This document shows positions 1 through 12,392 of a stretch of 64,000 bases of DNA, piece after piece. Under the pieces are notes generated by a model, which did no database searches, was not told the origin of the DNA, and worked only from the letters and a program-made list of their open reading frames with translations. A program made the position numbers and the translations under genes. This DNA is from Magallana gigas (Eukaryota), in contig NC_088857.1 of the NCBI RefSeq assembly GCF_963853765.1, positions 16,616,001 through 16,680,000 of the forward strand, read 5' to 3'. How positions within the stretch are numbered: the first letter of the stretch is position 1; every line of letters begins with the position of its first letter.

Positions 1-2112
1 CTCGTCTACAATAGATCTGCCTTTGTAGATCCCTCCTGTTGCGGTGGAAAAACGACTATCGTCATCCGGCGATCCATGACTGCATTTACCAAGAAACCCC
101 GTCCCTTGTTAATCAATGAGTTACAATTAGTCACAAGTGTATACTTTATTATATGTACTTACACTTACAATATGTACTTAAACATGTATGTAATGTTAAA
201 GTATATCAGAAAATTTTTATCATTCGACATCATGTAGAACCTTTATCCGGTTAATTTTACTTATCTTTGATATCTTCTGCGATAATGAAACTAGTTGAGT
301 TGTAGTAAAGAATTATGTTTTTACATACTAATAGGTTTTGTGACGTCTTGGCCTGACTTATATCCACTTGTCAATTTATCCCCTCTGATATTGTTGTCGC
401 AGATTGTAATCCTACAAAATTTGAAATTTACGCTTTAAAAATGCTTAATAAATTATTAATTTATTTATTCAATATTGCAAATTAACAAGAAAATATGAAC
501 ATTATGTAACGTCAATAACACAGGAGGATTAATAGGTTTGTTATGGGGTGGGGGCGGGGTGTAAGAGGAGTGAGGGTAACAGTACCCTTCTATAAATCCA
601 CAGTCAGCGCATGTATTATCCTGCTCATTAGCAATGTCCACCAATGTCACATTATCTTGGCCTTAATTAAATATAAAATAGGTCATACATTATAAAAAAC
701 ATAAATTTCTTGTTTCGCATTAAATTATTAAACAGTTATTGTCATGGTATTTTTTTGGTCGTCTTTACTTTTATAATAAGACTGTTGAATTGTGGATGAA
801 AACAATTACTTTCAGTTGATTCAAACTAACCGAAATCTTCGTATATCTTGTTTTCCATGAGTTCTATCCAGTTTGTATTGCTGTAGAACTCCTGAATGGT
901 GTACAGAGCCGCACCCACTTTTTCCCGAATTTCCTCCAGGTCGTCCTCGGTGGTAGCAGTGCTTGAGAGGTCAGCTATGGACTGTCGCAGAGTGCGAATG
1001 TAATTATGAGCTAGTGTAAAAGATTTATAATTACTGATGACTGTTGACCTGGTTAAAAAACATATTACTATGTCCATACACTACAGAGTATCTTCAACCA
1101 TTTATAACGTTATAGCTACATAATTTTAAAAAAGACGATCACTTTTGTCTACAGATTACCCAAATCTAGCAGTCAGGCTATCAGATAGGCAAACAGGGAC
1201 GAACATATTGACAGAAATAAAGAACAATTTAATAACTATGCTGCATATTCGTTAATATTACAGCAATGTACTAAAGTTTTATTGACCATACCAATTTCAA
1301 TTTGTTCTCCGTTGACATGGTAGAAGGAGATACCAGCATAATCTCTCTGAATGTTGTTTTCGTAACCAATAATCCTTCTGATTATTCCTATATGATTCGA
1401 GTATGACTCCTGGTCTGAAAATAACACGGGTCATTATATGTTACGTTATCAAAATGCAATATAATATTTTGGCCATAACAGACTTTTAATGTATTTTAGC
1501 ATTTCAGCAATGCACGCTAATATGGCTGCGATGTACGAAGTGAAAAAAAAACAACTCAATTTTCCCATAGGCATATTATTTTTCTGAAACTGAGTGAAAA
1601 CTATGAGCAATGTAAATGTAATGCGGCCCACTCAGAAACAAGTATCATGTGTTTATAAACACAAACAAATCAATTTAATACAAGTTTATGAATCACTTTA
1701 CGGACACAGAATAATTGGAACCAATATGCTTTTATGTATTTCGCCTTGTTTCTTTAAGGACGATTGCATATATTCGATATTGAATTACCCTATATATAAC
1801 AGAGCTCATTCGACTTCAAATTGGAGTAAAAAAAAAAAAAAATAATCATTCTGATTGCCCCTTCTAGTATTTCATAATTTGCAATTCTTTACCTGTACCA
1901 AAATAAGTCGAAACGTGATGGAAAACGGTTCCAATAGTCATATTGTGTAAACCAGACTCTTCCATGTATTTCGAAGTCGCGCTAAATACAGCATTCATCG
2001 TGATACTATCATGAGAAGAAGTCCCAGATTCGCTTACTCGGGGTAATGGCGGAAACGTGACCGCAATATCAAAGAAACAGAATAACAAAACAGCAAAACT
2101 TCGATTCTCCAT
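1..2112 (-). CDS. VWA7: von Willebrand factor A domain-containing protein 7-like (HET-C/PLC-like N-terminal domain), 5' part; continues beyond window start
   Basis: Phase-consistent GT-AG exons 2112-1893, 1414-1292, 1010-831, 661-586, 411-329 and ~104-1. Translation has a signal peptide, then FPP..SHDSIT, FYHVNGEQI, REKVGAALYTIQEFYSNTNWIEL, DNTCADC, KLTSGY and GKCSHG..D.S..ATGGIYK. These match recalled VWA7 motifs ([60 protein letters not shown]). Confidence 0.85.
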
Positions 2113-2579
2113 ACCTATTTCTACGCAACAAGTTTAATCCAAGTATATATTACCCAGAATGCACGAATTCTACCTGCTACTACTGCAGCACAACAACAGA
2201 TGATGTAATTCAAACTGACTTAATTGACACCAAATGCCAACTGTAATGTTATCTTGGGTTATTTGAGCATTGTTCTCTCATTAAACTGTACAAATTGGTG
2301 AGGTTTATGATATCTGCATAATTCTATTTCATTATAGAAAACAAACTGGAGATGCACATGCAATCGAAATAAATTCACATTCGTGTACATTCAGTAGATA
2401 AGGCCATGTGTTGACTTCCACTTTAAATGCGCAGTACAACCGACGTATTCAAACTTTGTGGAACAGTTACACATGTATACTTATTTCTTATATAAAGCTT
2501 CGAGTAGCAATGCAAGAGTCATATGTATTGTATTGGGTTTGGGTTTCACTGAGAACATCAATAATCGATGGTCAACATT

Positions 2580-2927
2580 GTTGCCAAAAATACATTTCTG
2601 ACATGTTCAGAAATACTTCCTATATGGAATAATCTTAGTATGTATATTTATAGAAAAACTTCAAATAGAGTTGGCTTTAATGTTAAAAATGTACTATTTG
2701 GTGAACTTCCATTCAGTGGTTACAACAAAGTAGTTAATTTTATAATTCTGTACTCCAAGCAATACATATTCAATTGTTCAAAACAAGACAAAAAACCTGA
2801 CATTGTTGGAATGTTACATCATCTGTCATTCAAATATAAAGTTGAAAAAAATATAGCTATTAAATCATGTGAGATTATAAAATTTAATAAACTCTGGGTA
2901 AATTGGAAAAACATATTTGAGATATAA
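2580..2927 (+). mobile_element. 5'-truncated LINE (L1/Tx1-like) ORF2 C-terminal fragment
   Basis: ORF FLTCSEILPIWNNL...VLFGE...NFIILYSKQYIFNC...KYKVEK..KFNKLWVNW resembles the post-zinc-knuckle tail of L1/Tx1 ORF2. It ends next to an assembly gap. Confidence 0.7.
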
Positions 2928-2933
2928 TTTTAA

Positions 2934-3071
2934 NNNNNNNNNNNNNNNNNNNNNNNNNNNNNNNNNNNNNNNNNNNNNNNNNNNNNNNNNNNNNNNNNNN
3001 NNNNNNNNNNNNNNNNNNNNNNNNNNNNNNNNNNNNNNNNNNNNNNNNNNNNNNNNNNNNNNNNNNNNNNN
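2934..3071. other. assembly gap (138 N)
   Basis: Run of N. Confidence 1.
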
Positions 3072-3718
3072 AGAATGTAGTATGTAAGGGAGAGAAAGAG
3101 TGTGAAAGTGAGAATGCCAAAAAATTCTTATATATATTACCTTCTTTATGAAATCATATATGATTGTGAAAATGAAAACAAAAAAATAAATTATATTAAA
3201 AAAAATACAATTGACAGGTGTGTGGAATTACTGTGAGCGTTACCTAATAAAAATTAAAGTTTGTATATTTCACTTTATGAGTTTTTTTATGACAACATTT
3301 GTACCAGACACAACTCGACATTGGAATTCGTTGAATTTAGATGTTAGATATGAAACATCAGTGTCTAAAATTAAGATGGTTATTTCCTGATTTTTACAAC
3401 ACAGCGAAAGCTCCATCTTTTTTTAGTTTTATGCCTAGTACATGTAAAGGCAAGCAAAATATTATACATACAAAGCTATGACTGTATTCTTCATTACGAT
3501 TTATACAAAATTAATATTACAGAGAGCGGAAATTGTCTTTGTGGATTACCTGAATATGTATATTGTGTGTGTTTGTGGATGTTTGGGTGAGTGTGCTATA
3601 TATTAGTTACTGAAAAAAATCAACTACAACACCAAAAATTATTGATAGAAATTTAGCTTTTTAAGTTATGAAGATATTGTAGTCATAACTACATGTAATT
3701 ACAAAGGAAACCAGTTAC

Positions 3719-3944
3719 CTGTGCCGAAATATTCTTGCACCTTCTGAGAAAAAGACTGTCCAGTGTTGTTAACGAGGTCAAACATATCCAAAAACGAAGC
3801 CGTGGAGGCGTACACTCCTCCCAGGGTGATGGAGAAATGAGACTGTGTTTTAGGTTCCGACTGTACATTATTTGGCGGGAAACTATTCACAGTCCTGCAG
3901 CAGAAGCAGCAAAAAAGCAGGAGACCTTTCCAGACAGAGAACAT
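3719..3944 (-). CDS. second VWA7-like first coding exon (signal peptide + FPP..SH..IT..YFGT); alternative first exon or first exon of a tandem paralogue
   Basis: ATG at 3944 gives MFSVWKGLLLFCCFCCRTVNSFPPNNVQSEPKTQSHFSITLGGVY...QEYFGTG, then a GT donor at 3718-3717. It ends at the same YFGT-G position and phase 1 as exon 2112-1893. Confidence 0.75.
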
Positions 3945-4362
3945 GGCGAGAGATGATCGGTACAAAATGACTCTTGCTTATTTAACGTTAACAAGGGTGT
4001 GCCTGTTTAGTGTCAATAGATCATATACTATATTGATCACAACGGAAGTGTTACTTGCTCTTTCCGTCAAGTATATTTTGAAGCAATTATAAAAAGTTTT
4101 AACAAGCGTCTTCAATAAAGATGACGTTTATAAGTTTCACCTCATCTTGTAATGGAAAACGCTTACTTAACACTAAATACATGTACAATAATTTTAAATC
4201 GAATAATCTAACATTGTTAAAAGGACTAAAGCCATGTTAAGCCGAAATAGCATGTTTCCCTTTGTAAATTTTTTTTGTTGGCTTCTTCTTTCTATAGTAA
4301 GACTACTTTCAAATATCTTTGCATGAATAGAAAGGACACAACTAGTTCAGCAATTCTGTATG

Positions 4363-4542
4363 TAAGAGGCTGGATGGTTGTCGCCATTTGTAGAATGATC
4401 TCCTTTAGAAGAGCTCTGTATAAAATTTACCAAAATGTTCAAATTTGAAATCTAAAATTTTCCTTTTCTAAATGATAGCTTACATATCGAAAAATTTAAG
4501 GAAGTTTTGATGGTTAATTTGTTGACCATCCAACCTCCTTAA
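4363..4542. mobile_element. small TIR element (MITE, TTAA/Kolobok-like)
   Basis: Left end AAGAGGCTGGATGGT resembles the reverse complement of the right end, AAGGAGGTTGGATGGT. TTAA at 4539-4542. Confidence 0.55.
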
Positions 4543-5690
4543 AATACACATAGAAGAAGACTATTCAGTTCCAAAGGAAAGAAAGTGCCCCCCCCCCCAA
4601 AAAAAAAAAAACTTTCATGTCGACACATCCTATTTGTTTGGTTTATTACTTGTACTTCATTTTGCGTTAGTAATAAACATTAACATCAGTTTTATTGAGT
4701 TAGAAAAATAGTTTGTCAATTTACAAATAGAAAAAATGTACGTTTAGTAGCAAATAACATACTGGTAATTAGACCCCTTTCCCTAAAAAATGCAGACTTT
4801 AAGATAATTTTTGTCAAGGCAGTAAATCAAGGAGTGCAAAGTTAAACCACATATATAAATGGTCAGTTTTGTTTTTAATTAATATATAATGGTTTTAGTT
4901 AATTACTTTTATTAATTCCTTATATGGAGAATTGTAGATCAAAATGAAATGCTTAGGTGAGTAAATCCGTTGCTGCCTGACACTTTGTACTCTCTGAAGC
5001 CAGACGTCAAAAATATATTTCTAAACAGTTTATTCTACAATATTCCGTACAGATTTTGTGTACCATGTGTACGGTGAGTATTCTTGGGAGACATTAATGA
5101 GCAATGATAAATATTTTGTTCCTTTATTAATGACCAAATTATATTAAATGCTACAAAAGAAGGTTCTTTTTCTTACATGTAAAGATTACTGTGAAAATGA
5201 GAAACAGTGTTTGATCACATGATACAATTGAACTGTACGATTTCACTGTTAGAACAAACTCTGTTATTTGAAGAAATAATCCCTATATATGGAGAAATGT
5301 TGTTTGAATATTTAAGCCTTAACGTAAACTACTGGTATATTTAAAATTTTATAAGTATAGTTATATCCTGACGTCACTTTGACAGTTTACAGCAAAGTTT
5401 CATCTAGAGTATACTATTTGTCGTTATACAATATTTGTTCATAAAGGGATAACATGATGATCAAACTTGATAATTGGTAGCATATCATATGTACTAGTCT
5501 AACGTATAAGTTAAATAAGTTATATGTATACTCCGAGTCGTTTCATTCAATCGATTCATGAATTTAAGGGGGGAGAGAACATACATATTCTGCGACATGT
5601 TCGCGTTTCTAACCTTCTTATCTCGTTTCCCTTTCTTTGTTGAAGTTTCTGCGTGAAGGACAGTTCTTTAATTCACACTACTTTACCAAT

Positions 5691-7022
5691 ATGATTTGTG
5701 TAGTAGTTCTTTTTCAATTGCTTCCCATAAAAGGAATACAAGCCTTCAAACCTGACACAGATACTGTTATTGCAGAATTGGTAAAGAAGCAACATGATCA
5801 GCAAATGTTCATCCGACACCTAGAAGACGAAATTCAAAACCTGAAGAAGACAGCAAGCAAACAAAAAACGCTCGTGTCGAGAAACACCGATATGGTTACA
5901 AGAATACAGGAATTTGTATTCGGGGTTGAATTTGGGGAAGAAGAGGGAAGACAACATAGCGGCCTAGAGAGTGGCAATGATAATGGTATTCCAACTGTGA
6001 AAACTGCAGAAGATAACCTTAATTCAACGCAGCCAAGAAAACGGGATACTTTTAATCAGCTTATTCGAACAAGACAAATTCGCTTTGCAGAACCAGGTAT
6101 CATTTGGTTGATAGTGTTCACTCATTAAATTGCAATCCTGTGATACTATCTGTGGTTGTGGTTGTTTTGGGGTTTTGGGGTTTTTTTTTGGGGGGGGGGG
6201 GGTGTTATTGTAATCTACGAATTTATTTTTTTTTTAATTATTTTAAAGAGATTATAGGAGGCACTTATAACTTGTATGAATATGTTAATATGCTATGGTG
6301 GTACCTATAACCTGCGTCAACAATATGATATTTTATTCTTGAAAAGACAACAAACTAATTTTTTTCATATTTTTTAATTCATTTTTCATTTATTTACATA
6401 TCATATATTATTTCTTATCTTTTTTGTGCTATTCAGCTGCGAATTCTTTATGTGAGAATTATTGTGACATCGTAGCTACGTCGTCTTTTTGTCAATCATT
6501 TCTTCATCTTGTTCATTAACCAAATACTTAGTAGATAAATATTTATGATAAAATCATAGTATTGAAAATCTGACTGAAAGTTAAAATCTTTCAGAATACT
6601 TTTTTGTTTTTATCATAGGTACAGCATTTTATGCCTACATGCCTGCCGATGAAGCTAACCCAGGTCCAGACCACACCCTAATTTTTCGATCAGTAGTCAC
6701 CAACATAGGGAATCACTACAACCAACACAATGGAATGTTTACATGTCCAAGTTATGGAGTCTATGCGTTCTCATGGACCATTGTTGTAGGAGATTTTATT
6801 GGAACACAGTTAGTCGTTAACTCAATGGCCGTAGGGGCTATGTACACAACTGCATATCATTTGGACGACATACAGACCTCAACTGGAATGGCTATAGTGG
6901 AGGTAAATCAAGGGGATGTTGTGTATGTCAGAGTAAATTCGGAAACATCGGTACATCATAAGGGCGATATTCGCAGTGCAGCGTACTACAAAACGTCGTT
7001 CTGTGGTTGGAAGCTCTTCTAA
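5691..7022 (+). CDS. secreted C1q-domain-containing protein 1 (signal peptide, coiled coil, gC1q; ~269 aa)
   Basis: Exons 5691-6096 and 6619-7022 with a phase-1 intron. Exon 2 is a gC1q domain: TAFYAY...LIFRSVVTNIGNHYNQHNGMFTCPSYGVYAFSW...VEVNQGDVVYVR...TSFCGWKL. AATAAA at 7053. Confidence 0.93.
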
Positions 7023-7537
7023 ATGTATACATGCTGTACTGTTTTGTTTAACAATAAAGATATTACAATGTCAAGTATATTATATTAACTCTTTAATTTT
7101 GGTATTAAAAATTAATTTCCCAGAAAATCGATCATTTTTGTTTTAACAGATTGAATTCATTATGCCAAATTCAGCAATTTTGTTGTTACGAATTAAATTT
7201 GGTATTGGAGAAAGAGAGAGGTAGAAAATGTAAAGTTAGATATACATGTATAAAGGATATCTATATTGTGTGATTTTATATTTGCTTTATCGAACGAGCT
7301 TAAATGGCACGCCAAAATCACAAAAATAAGATAAACTTTAGTTTACGAACTGCAAACTATAGTTTATGAATCGTCAAATATAGTTTTCATATTTAAAACT
7401 ATATTTAACGGTTGTTACCTATAGTTTACGAATGCAAATCTGACTAAAGTTTTTCTGTCTATAAATAAACGTTAACAATAGATTTTGCTGCCGAATCACA
7501 TCAGCAAAGTAAAACTTACATTCGTTAACTATAATTG

Positions 7538-7899
7538 TTATACTTTCATGTTAAATACTGAAATCTGATTGGTTAAGACGCAGTTAATAATATTTTCTAT
7601 TACCCTCAGCGTTAGCAACGCACTTAGAAACGGGTAACATTAAAAAATGTTACATGCTCGAAAATTATGCGCGTACGGTTCGCTGTAGAATTCACGTTAT
7701 TCCTATATAGAAGCAGTAAAATTTTCTTAAGAATTAAGACATTCAGTATAACAAAATAAATAGTGCCTGTTTGGGAGGATAACAGTTGAAATTGACACCC
7801 CTCGAAAACCATTGTCAACCTCCGCTTCGCGTCGGTTGACAATGGTTTTCGAGGGGTGTCAATTTCAACTGTTACCCTCCCAAACAGGCACTATTTATA
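7538..7899. mobile_element. non-autonomous element with terminal 64-bp hairpin (Crypton-like by inference)
   Basis: Inverted arms 7757-7820 and 7834-7897 with 1 mismatch and a CGC-TTC-GCG core. TTATA direct repeats at 7538 and 7895; CTGATTGG near the other end. Confidence 0.65.
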
Positions 7900-8327
7900 T
7901 ATTACAAGTTGTTGATTTAAGACATGAATATAATAATTTTTCTATTGATCGACGTATCAAAGAAAAAAAAATGATAATTATACTACAAAGCTTTCAAGAC
8001 AGCCCTTTGAATGACACGAATTGATTTTGAGCAATCGATGATGCAACGTGCTATATGCGGTTATTGTCACCTTGCGCAGTACAATTTAGCACGTTATCTC
8101 AGAGATAAATACTGCTGTTTAATGTACAGTTTCACTGAAATAGACCGTGAAATAATTTTTTATATCTCTGAATTTATTTTCTTTTAGCTGTTTAGTACAG
8201 CAGTTAAACTGAAATACGAAGCTTGAATAGTCAAGTGTGTTGACATACACAAAGTTGCTAATGGTCGTTAATTTGAATTGATTCGAACAAGGAACAGTTG
8301 TTGATGTTTTATAAATAGATACTATAA

Positions 8328-9002
8328 CTAGACTTTGACCCGTGCGTGCACGGGTTGACATTGTATATGATATCGGATATTTACGAAATAGATGCATCGA
8401 CACAGAATAATCGAAATGTGTCACTGGACAGGCCTATACCACAGTTAAAATGCCTCTCATATACCCGTAATGTGTATAGCAAAAAATTGCAGAATCGCTG
8501 CGTAACGATTTTGAATTTTGAAGAAAATTTTGAAGAAAATTTATGAAGCTGCATTGAAAAAAAAACAGTCAAATTATTCGTAATAAACCATTCTGAGGCT
8601 GTAGATACCTTTCATCTAAAAATTTGATTCATATTCATGAAGAATTCAACACTTTCCCAAGCAACGTTTTTCGCTCACTTCGAGCGGACATTCGAAACTA
8701 TCGGGATTTTTCATATTAAATGCATTGAGTTAGAGTTATCTCCCGTATTTCCTTTGAGAAACAGAATCTATATGAATAGATTGTAAAATCCCAAAAAATC
8801 CATATGATTTCCGGATTTTTTAAAGAAATTTTCGTTGATTATTAATAAGCGAAGCTTGGTTAAGAAAAAATAAAAACAAATTGGTAATCTTCAATTGCCA
8901 ATAATGTTTAAAATATATAAAACAAATGACAGTACTCTTCCGATTTCTCGGTATTAATGACCAAAAATTCGAGTCTATTATTTTAATATATAGTAGTATA
9001 GA
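8328..9002 (-). mobile_element. complete non-autonomous Helitron (675 bp)
   Basis: On minus: 5' TC at 9002-9001 (TCTATACTACTATATATTAAAATAATAG), GC-rich 8-bp-stem hairpin ACCCGTGC-nn-GCACGGGT (8338-8355) and CTAG 3' end at 8331-8328. Inserted between A and T with no TSD. Confidence 0.85.
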
Positions 9003-9633
9003 TGATTCAAAATTAAAAGTACTGATTAAGGATACTTAAAATAGATTAAGGAATCATGTAATAAAGTCAGCAATGCAAAAAATTCGTTACGTAGACATGT
9101 AGCGACCATGTAAAGGATAGGATCTGGTCAGTAAATTACACACCACGAATAGGCCTTGCTACATATAATTATACTTGACAATGCATCAAATTACACTTGG
9201 TCAATTCATACCTGTGTAACGAATGTCACCTACTTTAAATTTGACTTTATTATGCTTTCTTGACAAATTAAGCAAGTTCAAAGTATATCAAAACGCAGAA
9301 ACGAACGCTGTGTTCCATTAATCGGATTTGGATTTGACAGATTAAGAGATAGGTAGGTCAATTTAATGTATTGTATGGTACCTTATAATGTGAAAAAGAT
9401 TTAATTACATCATTTACTCGTAAATAAATAGCAGCGTATCCATTCCTTCGATAGTTACGTAAATGTTTTGCGTGTTAAGTGGGATGGTTTTCTTTGCACA
9501 GAATATCTTTAAGCAAAGTGTATTTAAAATGGTCTTATAAAAGACCAATCGCATCTTGAACATACGTATAAAAAATGTTGAACCAACTTATTTAAAAACA
9601 AGAAAAGTGAAGTTTGAAGGCTCATTATAAAAA

Positions 9634-11789
9634 ATGGAGCTTGCCGATATGCTACCAAGAACGATATTTGTCCCTCTAATGCTTATAAATGGATTTGGGT
9701 TCATTAATGCTGATGGTGACAGCTTTGGTCGCTTGGAAAATATTGCATTTGATCTACAAACCCAAATTCAGCATTTGTCGGACCAACTAAATGCACAAAA
9801 TATTAAAATGCAAAATATGGAGGCTACTGTTGGCCAACAAAACGAGAAAATTGAAGCATTAAACAAATACTGTGAAATGAAAGACTGGTTGAAGATCAAA
9901 AATGAAAACGATAGAGTAGAAAATGTAAATCTGACGCTCAAACGTGATTCTACGCCTGATAATCTGGATCCCTCGCTAACTCCCGGTCTTCATAGAAAGA
10001 AGAGAGACTTGGAACCTAGAGTTTCAAGACAGAAGAGGCTTATACTGGGTAAGCTGCTTAAAGAATTTTTTAGTGAGAAAGGTATATGCAGTATACACGG
10101 ATTTGCAGTGACAGTACGTCAAAGAGGCATAGCGATGGATGGTCATTTTAAAATTCGGTAAATTATACTGCTTTAAATTGAAGATTGTCATAGCGTACCT
10201 AATCCTTCGTGGTCATTCATCTTTACTTACATGTGTACGGTTTCTTCTTTGCGTCATAGATATTAACAAATTATTGACTATGTTAACATGTTTATTCCAG
10301 TAGTTAAAACTAAATACGTCTCTCAGGCGCAATCAGCTTATTATTTTATTTTACTTACACACCTTAATGAAAATTCATACAGCAGGATGAAAATTGTAAT
10401 GGAAACTGTATGTCTACCGACAAGGCCAGAAAGATGTATTATAGAATATCTTGACAACCATTGAATTATTAATCTATAAATAGCATAATCTATATTGCAT
10501 GTACATACTTAACTATACGATATAAACGCATAAATGCCAATTTTTCGAGGGAATTGTTATTATTCGCATTTGATGTTATGTTGCTTCGTCCCTTGCCAAA
10601 AAATACCGCGTTGAGCTGAACGGCAATCATTGTAATTTTGGATAGCGGTTTACAATTATATTATCACACATTAGCATATCGTGCCAAACATTCATTTTTA
10701 TGACATACACGATTAAAAAAAAACTTTTTTTGTAGTTATTCATTTAGAAGCGTCACTAATGTCTAACTGAATGAACTACAAGTATTTTGCATTGGGACAT
10801 GTAACAACAATTAATCAACGTTGTTGCTTCCTTGTTATTAGATGAGTATTAGATGAGCACATATAGTATAGCATTGAATCATGATTTTTTGAAGTATACA
10901 CTCTCATAACTGCAGCGGTGTGTGAATACAAATTGAGTAACGCGCGTTAGCGCGTTATGAAAATTTGTATGCACACACCGCTGCAGTTATGAGAGTGTAT
11001 ACTTCAAAAAATTATGATTAAATGCTTATATTTACATTTTTTAACTTCTTGCCTTGTCTGCAAATGTGATTCATACCTTAAAATTCCTATCTTATCCTAA
11101 GGGTAAGTTAATATTAATGGAAGAGCCACAGTAACCGCCACAAGCGTGAACTATGATTTTCGCTTGTGACGTTGCAGTTTACAGCGTTAAATGTTTTTGA
11201 CGTCATAATAAAACTCGTCAATTTGACCTTTGACTACTTGTTGCATTTAGAGGCATTTGAAGATCACAGAATTTAATGGAAAAACACAGTAAAATGTAAA
11301 TATTAAGAAATATAATGTAATCAGTTTGTCTAGTATGTTGTCAATGTATCTACGATCTGAATTGCAGGAGAGCCCACCCACCAAGAAGTAGCTTTCTACG
11401 CCTACATGTCAAGCCATCTGGCAAGCCCCGGGCACGGACAGCAACTAGTTTTCCAGACCGCGGTCACTAATGTCGGTAACCACTACAACCGCCACAGTGG
11501 AATCTTCACGGCCCCCGTCCCAGGGATCTACGTTTTCAGCTGGACCCTGGCGGTATCAGAGGGCCACTATATCTACACTCAGATCTTTGTCAATTCTAAT
11601 GCGGTCGGGGCGACATACACGAGTGCGTACGGGGTAAACAATGTCCGAACCACGACGGGACTGGTTGTCGTGCAGCTGAACGCGATGGATGTGGTCTCCA
11701 TCCGGGTTAACATGAACGGAGCTTTGGATGCAACCGTGTACAGCAATGATTATCACAAATCAAGTTTCAGCGGTTGGAAAATCAACTGA
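9634..11789 (+). CDS. secreted C1q-domain-containing protein 2 (signal peptide, coiled coil, gC1q; ~278 aa)
   Basis: Exons 9634-10048 and 11368-11789 with a phase-1 intron. Exon 2: EVAFYAYM...LVFQTAVTNVGNHYNRHSGIFTAPVPGIYVFSW...VQLNAMDVVSIR...SSFSGWKI. AATAAA at 11870. Confidence 0.93.
10866..11313. mobile_element. non-autonomous element with terminal ~65-bp hairpin, in the intron of C1q gene 2
   Basis: Arms ~10869-10934 and ~10961-11026 around TAACGCGC-GTTA-GCGCGTTA. The far boundary near TATAA (~11313) is approximate. Confidence 0.6.
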
Positions 11790-12106
11790 AGAAATTTATT
11801 TTTACATGTATATACTGTATACATGCATTTGTATTATGCTCCTGTCTGTATCATCGCCATAAAACTGCAAATAAATGGAAAATTTCTCGCCATTCGATTC
11901 ACAGTGTTGTTATGAAAATGAGGTGGGCCAAAAGCATATTTTCAGTTTCTTAATTAAGTAAATTAAACGAATTTAAATTTTCCGGGGGGGGGGGCATTCA
12001 GACCCTTGCCAGTTATACATTATGTGTTCAAAAGGTATTTTTATATGTCTATATTTATATTAAGCTATGTAATATGTCCCACTTTAAGGCAATATTTCCA
12101 TGGTTT

Positions 12107-12110
<4 letters not shown>

Positions 12111-12160
<50 letters not shown>
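12111..12160. repeat. (AG)25 microsatellite
   Basis: Direct read. Confidence 0.98.
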
Positions 12161-12163
<3 letters not shown>

Positions 12164-12392
12164 TTGAGATGGGTATAAGCGTTTTCAAATTCTACATATG
12201 TACCGGGTTTATGTTAAAAAAAAAACAAAGCACATTCATGTTTTAAAATAATCATTTAAGATAAAATCAAACAATTATAAACAATCATATTTTTTCTAAA
12301 ATATATTAATATCATTATTAAAATTAAATAATTTCTTTATATTCAATTCATTAAAGTAAAATGTGTTCATGCGAGCAATCGCTGAATGCAGG

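Noticed and set aside
2884-3120. ORFs containing X runs (also 42819-43134)
   Set aside because: They read through assembly gaps.
7624-8024. Mirror-image ORFs MST(D/S)A(K/S)RRLTMVFEGCQFQLL on opposite strands
   Set aside because: Artefact of the 64-bp DNA palindrome.
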